A stretch of DNA of 64,000 bases from an uncultured Microthrixaceae bacterium (GCA_963701565.1 CAVPAN010000010.1:445698-509697); one strand, 5' to 3'. Shown: positions 16,716 to 26,713, counted from the stretch's first letter. Program-made: numbers and translations. The notes: generated by a model not told the origin, from the sequence alone.

Positions 16716-17375
16716 ATGGGCGACCGCGAGCAAATCGACGCCGTCCAGCAGCGCCTCCGCAGTCCCGACCGGGTCGTGGCGCTCAGTGACGGTGTGTTCG
16801 CCATAGTCCTCACGATCCTGGTTCTTGATATCGCCGTCCCCTCGGAACTGTCCGACCAGTCGCTCAAGGCGGTCCTCGAAGAACTGCGGCCCACGCTGTT
16901 CGCCTGGGTGATCAGCTTCCTGATCACCGGCATGTACTGGGTGACCCACCGGGACCTGTTCACCCGCGTCCGGGTGGTCAGCCGAGACCTGGTCTGGTTG
17001 AACCTGCTCTTCCTGCTCCCGGCCAGCCTGATCCCGTTCGCCGCGTCTCTCCTCGGCGAGTACCCCGACGAGCCGATCTCACTCCACATCTACGGCGTGG
17101 TGATGATCGCGGTCTCGGTGATCCGCCTCGCCATGTACTGGTACGTCATCCGACGGCCCGACCTGCTCTGGGACGAGATCAGCGACCGGTCCCGGCTCGG
17201 ACTCGTCCTCGCCGGTGCCCCGATAGCGGTCTACACGCTCGCGATGGCCGTCGCCCCGGCGTCCACGACCGCGACCGCGTGCCTCTTCTTCTCGGTCCCG
17301 GTGCTCTACTTCACGCTCATCACGGTCCTACGGGACCGAACCGGAACACGAAGCGAAGCCGAAGACTTCTCCTGA
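16716..17375 (+). CDS. TMEM175/DUF1211 family membrane protein (potassium channel-like)
   Basis: Internal ATG 16716 gives MGDREQIDAVQQRLRSPDRVVALSDGVFAIVLTILVLDI... followed by multiple TM helices. RxxxFSDGVFAI-type signature. Confidence 0.8.
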   Translation: MGDREQIDAVQQRLRSPDRVVALSDGVFAIVLTILVLDIAVPSELSDQSLKAVLEELRPTLFAWVISFLITGMYWVTHRDLFTRVRVVSRDLVWLNLLFLLPASLIPFAASLLGEYPDEPISLHIYGVVMIAVSVIRLAMYWYVIRRPDLLWDEISDRSRLGLVLAGAPIAVYTLAMAVAPASTTATACLFFSVPVLYFTLITVLRDRTGTRSEAEDFS

Positions 17376-17544
17376 CCTCCGGGACAGGTCAGGCGTCCTG
17401 AGCATCCTTCCGGTACGACTCAGGCATCACCCCTGACGGTGAGCATTGTGGGCGTTCACCCGCGACTGGCGGCCGGGACTGCTGGCCGCCTCGCCCAGCA
17501 TGGCCGCGGTCGTCGTCGCGGTTCGCGATCGCTACGCCGCCTCC

Positions 17545-18327
17545 TCATGAGCGGCACACGAAGTCGGCGACGATCTCGACCACCTGCGGGTCGCGGGCGG
17601 TGCGGCGGTGGCTCAGGCCCTCGACACCGACGAACTCGGCCCGGGGGTGGCGACCGGCCATCTGCTCGGAGCCGACGAACGGGAAGCGCTCGTCGTCGGT
17701 GGAGTGCACCATGAGCACCTCGGCCTGCAGGCCGAGGAACGCGGCGTCGACGTCGACGGCGGCCCGGTCGATCCCGACCCTCGCCTCGTAGGCCTCCTTG
17801 GCCGCCTGCACCAACTCGGGGGACGCCCCGTGGCGCTCACCGTGCCGCGTCCAGAAGTCGCCCGCACCGAAGGCCCCGGCGATCAGGACAGCCCGGTCGA
17901 ACCCCAGGCCCTCGTGCACGGCGAGCAGCACCGGCCCGGACCCGGCCGAGTGGCTGACCACCGCGTCCACCGGCCCCAGCGCGGCCGCCACGGCCAGGAC
18001 GCCGTCCACGGTCGACTGGGCCAGCCCCCAGCGGCCCTCGGAGAACCCGTGGGCGGGAAGGTCCAGGGCGACCAGCGGCCGGTCCCGGAGGATCAGGGCC
18101 TCAATGAGCACGGACCAGAGGGAGTGGTCATCGGCGTAGCCGTGGACCAGCAGTACCGCCGGACCTTCGCCGACCCGCCACGCGGCCACCGCCCCCTGGC
18201 GGCTCGGGAGCATGTGCCGCTCGACCGACGCCAGCGCTTCCGCCAGGCGAGGCTCCTCCCGCCGGGGCGGCACCACGTTCAACTCGACGAAGGCCTCGAC
18301 CTCCGCTCGTGACGGAGACGAACTCAC
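17545..18327 (-). CDS. Alpha/beta-fold hydrolase
   Basis: GTG 18327. VLLVHGYADDHSLW, the nucleophile elbow VSHSAGS and C-terminal ...GLSHRR. The longer 379-aa ORF prefix is compositionally non-coding. Confidence 0.8.
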   Translation of the reverse strand: MSSSPSRAEVEAFVELNVVPPRREEPRLAEALASVERHMLPSRQGAVAAWRVGEGPAVLLVHGYADDHSLWSVLIEALILRDRPLVALDLPAHGFSEGRWGLAQSTVDGVLAVAAALGPVDAVVSHSAGSGPVLLAVHEGLGFDRAVLIAGAFGAGDFWTRHGERHGASPELVQAAKEAYEARVGIDRAAVDVDAAFLGLQAEVLMVHSTDDERFPFVGSEQMAGRHPRAEFVGVEGLSHRRTARDPQVVEIVADFVCRS

Positions 18328-18484
18328 CGCCCCAGTCTGGTCGACGCGCCGCGACCCTGCTGGGGAAGACCACTCGTCTGGGTACCGCTCGTTGGTCTGC
18401 GTAGGGACTGTGTGCGGGTCACCCGGGGGCGTGAAGGGACGTTCGGCCCTGTCAGCGGGGGGGCAGGGGGCGACGGTCAGAGCT

Positions 18485-19059
18485 ATGACGGGTGTTTGGC
18501 TGGTTCGGGTTCGGGTCGTCCGGTTGGTCGTGGTGGCGTTGCTGGTGTCGACGGCGACCGTGGTCGGCGAGGCCGGACCTGTTGCAGCGGCCGAATTTCC
18601 GCCAGCGTTCATCACCACCTGGGGCAGGTGGGGCACCGACAACGGCCAGTTCCGGGGGCCGGACAGGGTGGCCGTCGACCCCACTACCGGCGACGTCTAT
18701 GTCACCGACAACGAGACCGACCGGGTCCAGAAGTTCACCTCGACGGGCACCTTCCTCACCAAGTGGGGTACCCGCGGCGCCAGCAACGGCCGGTTCGACG
18801 GGCCATCGATGGCGACCTCGGGCCCCAGACCGAGGAAGCCATCCGCGAGTTCCGAGCCGCCGCCGGGCTCACCGTCGACGGCCTGCTCGGGCCCCAGACC
18901 GAGGAGGCCCTGCAGGAGGCAGCCGCCGAGGGAGCCACGCTCTGCGCCGGCGCGGGCGCCACCCCGACCACCGACCCCCCGGATGACGGCGGTGGCGCCG
19001 TCGACGGCAGCACCACCACCACCCTGGTCGAGTCCACGGTCGACGAGGGGTACCTGTAG
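18485..19059 (+). pseudogene. Chimeric or frameshifted ORF: signal peptide + NHL-repeat fragment joined out of frame to a peptidoglycan-binding (PG_binding_1-like) domain
   Basis: Frame 1 reads MTGVWLVRVRVVRLVVVALLVS...FITTWGRWGTDNGQFRGPDRVAVDPTTGDVYVTDNETDRVQKFTSTGTFLTKWGTRGASNGRFDGP. From about 18800 the sense continues in another frame: IDGDLGPQTEEAIREFRAAAGLTVDGLLGPQTEEAL... Confidence 0.5.
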
Positions 19060-19354
19060 GCGGCCCGGGCAGGCTCGTTCTTGGCGGACCGCCTGCATCT
19101 GACAGCACGCGGCCGCCGCATCGGGCGACCTCGCCCCTGGGCCCCTGGGCGCCCAAGGGAGAGAGCATCGGTTTCCTACGCCAGGGTCGCCAGGTCCAGG
19201 ATCATGAAAGGACCGTTCGTCGTGCTCGAGGTTGGAGGCAATGCCCTCGACCCGGCCACCGCTGCGCTCGGCGGTGTAGCGGTGATGCCAGTGGCCGTGC
19301 ACGGTGCTCCGGAAGGGACAGGATGATCGATCCGAACGTGGCTCGAGGCCGCCC

Positions 19355-20971
19355 TCAGCAGGTGGGTGGGCTCCCGTCGAACGGGAAGGAGCCGGCGAAG
19401 GCCCCCTCGACATAGACGTCGACCCGGAACGCCACCGGGCGGCAGGTCCGGTCGACCGGCACCGACCCGGACGAGGCCCCGTCCCCGGTGACCCGGACGA
19501 ACCGGGCCAGCTCGGCGGGCTGGACGGGGGCGGCGGACTCGGTCGGGTGCTCGTAGACGTAGACCGACAGGGCCGCGTCCTCCGGCATCCCCTCGTAGGC
19601 GAGCCCGACCGTCAGGGTGCCGGCCTCGAAGCGGCCGTCGTCGAGGCTGACCCGCGCCCCGGCCGGCACCTGTCCGTCGACCTGGGCGAAGACCAGGCCC
19701 GCCTCCCCGAGGGCCAGGCGGCGCCGCACCTCGTCCACGTCGGCGGCCCGCTCGGGGACGGCGACCTGGACCTGCTCGATCAGCGAGAACAGGTCGGCGG
19801 CCAGGGCCCGGTTCCGATCGGAGTCCTCGTCCAGGTCGAGCAGGCCCACGGCCCGGTCGATGGCCTCGGTGGCGGCGTCGAGGTCGCCGGCACCCAGCTC
19901 GGAGGCGGCGACGGCCAGGGGGACCTCGGCGGCGCGGTCGTTGATCGCCGCCGCCCGGTCGAGGTGGTCGATGGCACCCTCGTAGTCGCCGCCGTAGAAC
20001 CGGTACAGGCCGGCCAGGAAGAGGCCGGCGAAGTCCCGCCCGTCGCCGAGGCGGACCGCCTCCTCGGCGTCGGCGAGGGCGAGGTCGACCTCCGGGCCCT
20101 CGGCGTGGACGACGGCCCGGGTGGCCGGGAAGTCGGGGTTGACGGCCAAGAACGAAGACAGCGACCGGCCGGTGTAGCCGGCCACGAAGTCCTCGTCGAT
20201 CCCGATCGCCGTCGAGTAGCGCTCGGTGGCGGCGTCGAACTCCCCGAACGCGTCGTGCACCGCCCCCTCGGCGGCGGCGTCGATCGCCGCCGGGTCGGTG
20301 GTGGGCACGTCCTTCTGGTGCAGGAACACGGCCCAGCCCGCCACGTAGGCGGCGAGGATCACGCCGGGCACCAGGACCGGGGGCCGGGTGCGCCGGTCCA
20401 GCACCAGCGTGAAGCCCACCAGGAACAGGGCGACGGCCAACGTGGTGAGCACCGTCTCGTACTGCGAGGTCCGGTTGTTGTAGGTCACCCGGGTCTGGGC
20501 CAGCGCCTTGCGGGTGAGATCGAGCTGTTCCGCCTCGAAGGTCTGGTCGCGGGCCAGGTCCTCGCGGTCCTGCTCACCCAGCCCCTCGGCGCTACCGAGG
20601 AGGTCGGCCGCCTCCTCGGGATCCCCGAGGTCTTCGGGCAGCGCCGGCTCGGCCAGGGCGAGGGCGGCCTGCTCGGCGTCGAGGTCGACCTCCAGGCCGG
20701 CGACCACCGCCCGGTTGACATTGGCCCGCAGCGACTGGACCGCCGTGCGGGTGGTCTCCCGGGCGTAGGTGGCCTCGTTGTTGGCCGAGTCGATGCGGAC
20801 GATGCCGATCCAGGCGCCCAGCACCCCCAGCAGGGCCAGCACGACGGCGACCCGCCGCTTGTAGGGGTCGATGTCGTCGGCGCCGGAGTCGGCGTGGTTG
20901 GGGTCGATGTCGTCGGGGTCGGCGTCGTCGAGGTCGATGTCGTCGGCAGTCGATGCCGGTTCCTCGGTCAT
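19355..20971 (-). CDS. Membrane protein with acidic DDID-repeat N-terminus, TM helices, TPR-like helical repeats and a C-terminal beta-rich domain
   Basis: ATG 20971 (MTEEPASTADDIDLDDADPDDIDPNHADSGADDIDPYKRR...) overlaps the upstream stop as ATGA. The composition is coding-like throughout. Confidence 0.6.
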   Translation of the reverse strand: MTEEPASTADDIDLDDADPDDIDPNHADSGADDIDPYKRRVAVVLALLGVLGAWIGIVRIDSANNEATYARETTRTAVQSLRANVNRAVVAGLEVDLDAEQAALALAEPALPEDLGDPEEAADLLGSAEGLGEQDREDLARDQTFEAEQLDLTRKALAQTRVTYNNRTSQYETVLTTLAVALFLVGFTLVLDRRTRPPVLVPGVILAAYVAGWAVFLHQKDVPTTDPAAIDAAAEGAVHDAFGEFDAATERYSTAIGIDEDFVAGYTGRSLSSFLAVNPDFPATRAVVHAEGPEVDLALADAEEAVRLGDGRDFAGLFLAGLYRFYGGDYEGAIDHLDRAAAINDRAAEVPLAVAASELGAGDLDAATEAIDRAVGLLDLDEDSDRNRALAADLFSLIEQVQVAVPERAADVDEVRRRLALGEAGLVFAQVDGQVPAGARVSLDDGRFEAGTLTVGLAYEGMPEDAALSVYVYEHPTESAAPVQPAELARFVRVTGDGASSGSVPVDRTCRPVAFRVDVYVEGAFAGSFPFDGSPPTC

Positions 20972-21666
20972 CCCCGGAACCCCGTCGCCAGCACGCCCAC
21001 CCAGGTCACTGCGATGAGCACCGTCCCCAGCGCCAGGCCCGACCGGCGCAGCCCACGGCTGACCGTGACCTCCGCACCGGTCAGCAGCACGACGGCCAAC
21101 AGGAGCAGCGCCACCCAGTAGGTGAGGTTGCGGATCCGCTCCCGGATGCCGTCGGCCTCGTCGGCCCACTGCTGCGGGTGGAGGTCGGAGGACGAGTCCA
21201 GACCGGTGCTCTCCTCGGCCAGCAACGAGTCGATGCGGGTCGCCAGGTCGAAGGGCAGCGGCTCGACGCCGACCTCGCCGGGTTCCGCCTCCAGCACAGC
21301 GATTCCGAAGACGCCGGCCGCCTCGGCCCGATCCGTGGCGGCCGTTCGCAGGGCTGTGGCCTCCGAGCGGGCCGCGTCGGCCGCCTCCGGGCGGCCCGTC
21401 GAGCCCAGCATCTCGGCGTCGGCGTCCAGCTCGGCGGCCAGCTCGTACTCAGCCAGGTACCGGTCGTACTGGCGGGCCTGGCGGGAAGCCTCCACGGCCA
21501 CGTCGATGCGGACGTTCTCCTGGTCGACCTGCTCCCCGATCGACTGCCGGTCCTCGTAGGCGGCCGTCGAACCGATCTGACCCGCCCGCCAGGTCATGAG
21601 GCCGGCGCTGATGGTGCCGATGCCGATCATCAGCGCGATCAGTCGCTTGACCGTCTCCTTGGACAT
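20968..21666 (-). CDS. Membrane protein (N-terminal TM, helical region, C-terminal TM pair), hypothetical
   Basis: 232-aa ORF MSKETVKRLIALMIGIGTISAGL...TYWVALLLLAVVLLTGAEV..LALGTVLIAVTWVGVLATGF. It is translationally coupled to 19355..20971. Confidence 0.6.
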   Translation of the reverse strand: MSKETVKRLIALMIGIGTISAGLMTWRAGQIGSTAAYEDRQSIGEQVDQENVRIDVAVEASRQARQYDRYLAEYELAAELDADAEMLGSTGRPEAADAARSEATALRTAATDRAEAAGVFGIAVLEAEPGEVGVEPLPFDLATRIDSLLAEESTGLDSSSDLHPQQWADEADGIRERIRNLTYWVALLLLAVVLLTGAEVTVSRGLRRSGLALGTVLIAVTWVGVLATGFRG

Positions 21667-21782
21667 CGGCGGGCGACGTTAGGCCATGGTCGCAGCGCAC
21701 CCGGCCGGGGACCGGGCCGGCGCCTGACCTTCGCCGGCCATCGGACAATGTGTCCGTTCACGGACGACCGCACCGACGAGGG

Positions 21783-21980
21783 TCAGGAGGCGGCGGCGAC
21801 GACCTGGTGCTCGGCGGCCCAACAGGTGGCCGCGGCGCGGTCGGAGGTCCCGATCTTGGTGTGGATGTTCTGGACGCGGTGCTCGGCGGTGCGGGCCGAG
21901 ATGAACAGCTGGGCGGCGATCTCGGCCGAGGTCCGGCCCTCGGCGACCGGGCCCAGCACCTCCAGCTCTCGCCGGCTCAA
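21783..21980 (-). CDS. Stand-alone LuxR/GerE-type HTH domain (probably the remnant of a larger regulator)
   Basis: LSRRELEVLGPVAEGRTSAEIAAQLFISARTAEHRVQNIHTKIG. An in-frame stop lies about 24 codons upstream, so no receiver or sensor domain is attached. Confidence 0.55.
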   Translation of the reverse strand: MSRRELEVLGPVAEGRTSAEIAAQLFISARTAEHRVQNIHTKIGTSDRAAATCWAAEHQVVAAAS

Positions 21981-22171
21981 CCCGCCCGGCCGCTCCTCGC
22001 GTGGACTGGGGATCGGCTCACGTCGCCCCGGGGTTCGAGCGCCGCATGCTCACGAGGTTGGCCTCGGCGGTGGCGGACCGTGTCCGGATGGGCCATCAGC
22101 TCGGCGGCGATCGCCCGATGGAGCGCCAGGCTGCGGGCCCGGTCGACGAGATGTATCACAGGTGATACACT

Positions 22172-22414
22172 GTGATGGTGGCCGAAGTGAGCATCCGAGA
22201 TCTGCGCAACCACGGCGGTGAGGTGGTCAAGCGCGTCCTCGCCGGCGAGTCCCTCGTGGTCACCCGTTCCGGGGAGCCCGTCGCCGAGCTCCGCCCCGTG
22301 AGGGGCCCAGGCGTCGAGGCCCGAACCCTTCTCCAACGGTGGAAGCACCTGCCCCCGGTCGACCCCGACAAGCTGAGAGCCGACATCGACGACCTCCTCG
22401 ACGCGCGCCTGTGA
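22172..22414 (+). CDS. Phd/YefM-type antitoxin
   Basis: MMVAEVSIRDLRNHGGEVVKRVLAGESLVVTRSGEPVAELRPV... Its stop overlaps the vapC start (GTGA). Confidence 0.8.
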   Translation: MMVAEVSIRDLRNHGGEVVKRVLAGESLVVTRSGEPVAELRPVRGPGVEARTLLQRWKHLPPVDPDKLRADIDDLLDARL

Positions 22415-22839
22415 CCTCGACGAACCGGCGGGGCGTACTCGACACGAGCACCGTGGTACTCCTGTCAAGGCTGACCGACGCCGACCAGCTCCCGGTCGAG
22501 CCGGCCATCACCACCATCACCCTCGCCGAGCTCTCCGTCGGGCCCCTCGTCACCGACGACAACGGCGAACGAGCCGCACGTCAGGCGCATCTCCAACAAG
22601 CCGAATCCGACTTCGAGCCCCTCCCCTTCGACGCCGCCGCCGCCCGCGCGTTCGGTCAGGTCGCCGCCGACCTGCGAAAGGCCGGACGAACCACACGCGC
22701 CCGCGCCTACGACGCGCTCATCGCCGCCGTCGCAGTCGCCGAGCAGCTACCGCTCTACACCGTGAACCCCCGGGACTTCGAGCACATTTCCGGCCTCGAG
22801 GTCATCGCCATACCTCACCCCGGCGCCGACAGCCGCTAA
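22411..22839 (+). CDS. vapC: Type II toxin VapC (PIN domain)
   Basis: GTG 22411 gives VTSTNRRGVLDTSTVVLL...ITLAELSVG...AYDALIAAVAVAEQLPLYTVNPRDFEHI. Confidence 0.85.
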   Translation: MTSTNRRGVLDTSTVVLLSRLTDADQLPVEPAITTITLAELSVGPLVTDDNGERAARQAHLQQAESDFEPLPFDAAAARAFGQVAADLRKAGRTTRARAYDALIAAVAVAEQLPLYTVNPRDFEHISGLEVIAIPHPGADSR

Positions 22840-23015
22840 CCGTCCAGTCGGAGTCGACCCTCCGACCGAACGACGCAGACCGTTCCGTCCGAGGACGGAT
22901 CCGACAGACGTTCGGGTCACAGGTCCGAGCGACGTTCGGCCGAGTGATCCGTGCATCGCTCGGCGAACGGCCCGAGGGCCGGCCGAGTCGGGCGGCAGTT
23001 GTCTGTCGTCCTCTA

Positions 23016-23102
23016 GGCTTGAAGCCCAAGCCGAACCCTTGATCCGCAGAGGTGGGTCATCGAAGCCCTGCGCCTGCGGCGCGCGGCTGGGCCTGACAGG
23101 CG
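23016..23102. repeat. Copy 2 of the conserved ~85-nt intergenic element (see 2672-2756)
   Basis: ggcttgaagcccaagccgaacccttgatccgcagaggtgggtcatc...ctgggcctgacaggcg, about 175 nt downstream of vapC. Confidence 0.6.
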
Positions 23103-23142
23103 GTCGGGTCGCGCGTAGCCTCGGAACATCAGCGACGAAGAT

Positions 23143-23337
23143 GTGATCGGCCGGGTGGCCTCGGAGATGCGACCCGAGGGCTGGGAGGCGGGTGGTCTTG
23201 CCGTGCACCTGGGGCTGGACCCTGGTGTCGTAACCGACGCGCTCGACGAGTTGGTGCGCCGCGACCAGCTGTCGGTCACCTGGGTGGACGCCGGCGATCC
23301 GCAGGGCTCCGCGGCGCACATCTACACCCCCAAGTAG
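23143..23337 (+). CDS. Small hypothetical protein, possibly winged-helix
   Basis: 64-aa ORF ...GGLAVHLGLDPGVVTDALDELVRRDQLSV... Supported only by composition and a helix-turn-helix-like segment. Confidence 0.3.
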   Translation: MIGRVASEMRPEGWEAGGLAVHLGLDPGVVTDALDELVRRDQLSVTWVDAGDPQGSAAHIYTPK

Positions 23338-23501
23338 GGCTCCGCGGCGCTCCTGGCAGCACAGACAGCGCCCTCTCCCGCCCACCAGGTGCCTGGCTAC
23401 ATAGGCACCACGACAAGCAAGCTGTCGATCACCCCTTCATCATCCTGGGACTGATGCAGATCCGAGGGCCCACCGCCGTCCGGACCGGACACACTACCGC
23501 C

Positions 23502-24680
23502 ATGCGCTCCCCTGCCCTGCTCGTCCGCCGCCGGATCCTGGTGGCCCTGGCCCTGATGCTGGTGGCCGCCGCCTGCGGGTCCGACGACACCGCGGGCACC
23601 GCGGAGCCCGCCGAGACCACCACCGCGGCCCCTCGCGCGCCCGCCATCGAGGTGCCCGACGTGAGCGGGGCCTACGACGACCTAGACCTCTGGCACTGCC
23701 ACCCCGACAAGGCTGAGGATGTCTGCTCGTCAGGCTTCGACGCCACCCGGGTGGAGCCCGACGGCACGTTCACCCCGGTGCCGTTCGTGCCCGCAACGGC
23801 CCCCGAGTTCGACTGCTTCTACGTGTACCCGACGCTGGACTACTCCCCGACCCCGGGGAACCACTCCTTTGACGAGGCCAACCCGCTGGAGCCGGTCACC
23901 GTCCAGGGCCAGGTGGGTCGGTTCGGCGAGCTGTGCCGGATGTTCGTGCCCCGGTACCAGCAGGCCACGATCGGCAGCTATGACGCCGCGGTCGACGGCC
24001 GCATCTTCGACGTGCCCGCCTTCGCCACCGCCTACGCCGACGTTCTCGGCGCGTTCCACCACTACCTGGCCGAGGAAAACGACGGTCGCCCCTTCGTGCT
24101 CCTGGGCCACTCGCAGGGCTCGCACCACCTCACCCGACTCCTCCAGGACGAGTTCGACGACGACGAGGCCCTGCGCAGCCAGCTCATCTCCGCCCTCCTC
24201 GTCGGCGCGACCGGCCGAGTGCGTGTCCCCGAGGGCGAGAATCTCGGGGCCACGTTCCAGAACCTGCCCCTGTGCGCGGTCGAGGACCAGACCGGCTGTG
24301 TCGTCTCCTTCGACTCCTACGCCGGCGAGCGTCCGCCCGACTACCCCGCCCCCACCGATGGGACCGTCTCCGCATGTGTCAACCCGGCCGACCTCAGCGG
24401 CGACCGGGCCGGGCTGGCCGGCGCCTACTTCGGCCGCACCATCCCCGAGGTGCCCACGTTCTACGAGCTCATCGAGGACTACTACACCGCGACGTGCGCG
24501 GTGACGGCCGACGGGCTGGCCTACCTGGAGGTCGACCCCGACCCGGCGCCGGGCGACACCCGGGACCTACGCCACATCGAGACCCAGCTGGCCACCAGCG
24601 ATTCGCTGCACACCCTGGACTACAACTTCACGCTCGGTGACCTGCTGGCCCTCGTCCGCCGCCAGGCTGCCGGCTTCTGA
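23502..24680 (+). CDS. DUF3089-type lipoprotein (alpha/beta hydrolase fold)
   Basis: MRSPALLVRRRILVALALMLVAAACGSDD (lipobox), FDCFYVYPT and GHSQGS. Confidence 0.7.
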   Translation: MRSPALLVRRRILVALALMLVAAACGSDDTAGTAEPAETTTAAPRAPAIEVPDVSGAYDDLDLWHCHPDKAEDVCSSGFDATRVEPDGTFTPVPFVPATAPEFDCFYVYPTLDYSPTPGNHSFDEANPLEPVTVQGQVGRFGELCRMFVPRYQQATIGSYDAAVDGRIFDVPAFATAYADVLGAFHHYLAEENDGRPFVLLGHSQGSHHLTRLLQDEFDDDEALRSQLISALLVGATGRVRVPEGENLGATFQNLPLCAVEDQTGCVVSFDSYAGERPPDYPAPTDGTVSACVNPADLSGDRAGLAGAYFGRTIPEVPTFYELIEDYYTATCAVTADGLAYLEVDPDPAPGDTRDLRHIETQLATSDSLHTLDYNFTLGDLLALVRRQAAGF

Positions 24681-24686
24681 GCCGGA

Positions 24687-25034
24687 TCATCCCGGATCCC
24701 TCGGCCCAAGGCCGCGCAGCAGCGATAACGCCTCGCTCATCGAACCAGCCTGAGCGGCGAAGGTCGCGGTGACGCCGAGGACTTGGGCGTGGTGGCGGAG
24801 GGTCTGGGCGACTGCAAACAGTAGCCACTGATGGCCGTCGAGAAGGCCGAAGACCGGGTGGGGTCGACCGACCGTTCGGGGGTCGGCCTCTTCGAAGCGG
24901 GCGTCGTCCATGAAGGCCTGCACGCTGGCGTCCAGGTCGGCCAGAGCGACTGAGCGGTCGGTCCACACCAGCCCGGGATCGAAGCAGGCGACGAGGTCGG
25001 CTCCTGGCGCCACGACGACCACGTCCTGGTCCAC
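24687..25034 (-). CDS. DinB-like protein (C-terminal half only); start uncertain
   Basis: ...HPVFGLLDGHQWLLFAVAQTLRHHAQ... The next in-frame ATG (25148) would place the AT-rich operator inside the gene, so GTG 25034 is given. The N-terminal DinB helices are not seen. Confidence 0.4.
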   Translation of the reverse strand: MDQDVVVVAPGADLVACFDPGLVWTDRSVALADLDASVQAFMDDARFEEADPRTVGRPHPVFGLLDGHQWLLFAVAQTLRHHAQVLGVTATFAAQAGSMSEALSLLRGLGPRDPG

Positions 25035-25088
25035 CCCGCGGGTCGCCGCCTGCAGCCCTTGACAGACACGGGCCTCGGGCGCATACTC

Positions 25089-25120
25089 CTGACACTGTTC
25101 GGTAATTAGAACGCTGTCAG
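25089..25120. promoter_or_regulatory. Imperfect palindrome in the divergent TetR promoter region (candidate operator)
   Basis: ctgacactgttc-ggtaatta-gaacgctgtcag, with 10 of 12 arm positions complementary. It sits in an AT-rich island 27 nt upstream of the TetR ATG. Confidence 0.5.
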
Positions 25121-25146
25121 TTTTAGCGAACCTTATCAGGGGGGAC

Positions 25147-25744
25147 ATGAGCGATCGACGGGCTGCCCGACGCCAGGAGACCATCGAGGAGATCGTGGCC
25201 GCCGCCTGGGACATCGTGCGCGGAGCGGGACTCGGCGGGCTCTCGATCGCGCGACCTGGGGACTCGCGTCGGGATGAAGGCCCAGTCGATCTACTCCTAC
25301 TTCGCCTCCAAGAACGACATCTACGACGCCATGTTCCACCAGGGGTACCTGGCCTCCGCGGCGTCCCTGGCCGTGGGCACCGATGACGAACCCGCTGACC
25401 CCCGCCAGGCGGCGCACCGGTTCTTCGACTTCTGCACCGCCGACCCGGTCCGCTACCAGCTGCTCTTCCAACGCACGATCCCCGACTTCGAGCCGTCCGC
25501 CGAGAGCTACGCGGTCGCCGTCGCCGTCTTCGAGGCGATGGAGGCACAGCTGGCGAGCATCGGCGTCACCGACCCGGCCGCCGTCGACCTGTGGACGGCG
25601 ATGCTGACCGGCCTCACCGACCAGCAGATCTCCAACGATCCGTCCGGCGACCGCTGGAAGCGCATCGTCGACCGCGCGGTCGACATGACCCTGCGCGAGA
25701 TCACCCCACCTGAACCCACATCAAGCCCTGGAGGGAACCCATGA
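25147..25744 (+). pseudogene. TetR/AcrR family regulator with a +1 frameshift inside the HTH
   Basis: MSDRRAARRQETIEEIVAAAWDIVRGAGLGGLSI, then a shift at ~25247-25252, then RDLGTRVGMKAQSIYSYFASKNDIYDAMF... (ORFs 25147..25386 and 25274..25744). Confidence 0.7.
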
Positions 25745-26517
25745 CCAACGCACACCGCACCGACGTCACCGCACTGGCGCCGCTCTCTCACGAGGAGGCG
25801 ATGCAGTTGCAGGCCGTCGAGCTCGAGCGGACCCTGGATCTGCTCCGCACCCTCGACGACGCCGACTGGTCCAAGCAGACCGAATGCCCGGCCTGGGACG
25901 TGCGCCAGATGTACCTGCACGTGCTGGGGGCCTGCGAGGCGGGCGCCTCCCTCACCCAGAACGTCCACCAGATGCGCGCCGGTCGGCGCCACCAGAAGGA
26001 CCACGGAGGGCCCCTCGAGGCCGGGCTCTCGGCGGTGCAGGTGCAGGACCGCATCGACCTCGGCCCGGCCGAGCTGGTCGAGCGCCTCACGGCCGTCGCC
26101 CCGGTCACGGTGCGCAAGCGCACGAAGCTCCCCGCATTGGTGCGCCGGCTGCCGATGAAGATCGACGGCCCGGTGGTCGAGACCTGGGCCCTGGGCTACC
26201 TCGTTGACACGATCTACCTGCGCGACCTCTGGATGCACCGCGTCGACACCACCCGGGCCACCGGGCGCGAGCTCGTGCTCAGCGAGGACCACGACGGGCG
26301 CATCGTCGCCGACGTGGTCGCCGAGTGGGCCCGCCGCCACGGCCAGGCGTTCGACCTCACCCTCACCGGCCCCGCCGGCGGGACCTATTCGGGGACCGGC
26401 GACGGCACGAGCTCCGACACGCCCGCCGTCCTCGAGCTCGACGCGGTCGAGTTCTGTCGCACCCTCGGCGGCCGCGCCGAGGGCGAGGGCCTGCTCACCA
26501 CGATCGTCCCCTTCTGA
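25741..26517 (+). CDS. Mycothiol-dependent maleylpyruvate isomerase-like (MDMPI_N, TIGR03083-type) protein
   Basis: 258-aa ORF ...WSKQTECPAWDVRQMYLHVLG... It has an ATGA overlap with the TetR stop. Confidence 0.75.
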   Translation: MTNAHRTDVTALAPLSHEEAMQLQAVELERTLDLLRTLDDADWSKQTECPAWDVRQMYLHVLGACEAGASLTQNVHQMRAGRRHQKDHGGPLEAGLSAVQVQDRIDLGPAELVERLTAVAPVTVRKRTKLPALVRRLPMKIDGPVVETWALGYLVDTIYLRDLWMHRVDTTRATGRELVLSEDHDGRIVADVVAEWARRHGQAFDLTLTGPAGGTYSGTGDGTSSDTPAVLELDAVEFCRTLGGRAEGEGLLTTIVPF

Positions 26518-26713
26518 CCACCTCACCCCCGTTCCTCGGCCTCGAGGACGAACTGGCCGACGGCGCCCCGCTGGACCACCCGCTCTTCCCCGTCCTCTGG
26601 GAGCGTCTGGCCTGAGCCCAGCAGCCGGACCAGGGTGAAGACGGCGCCCCTGCGCATCGGGTCCTTCGTCCCAGGCATTCGACGGCGACACCGCCGCCGC
26701 TCACCGACCGGTG

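Noticed and set aside
19304-21121. 605-aa plus-strand ORF
   Set aside because: It is antisense to 19355..20971 and 20968..21666, which have TM helices, an ATGA coupling and normal composition. This ORF is Gly/Arg/Val/Asp-rich without motifs.
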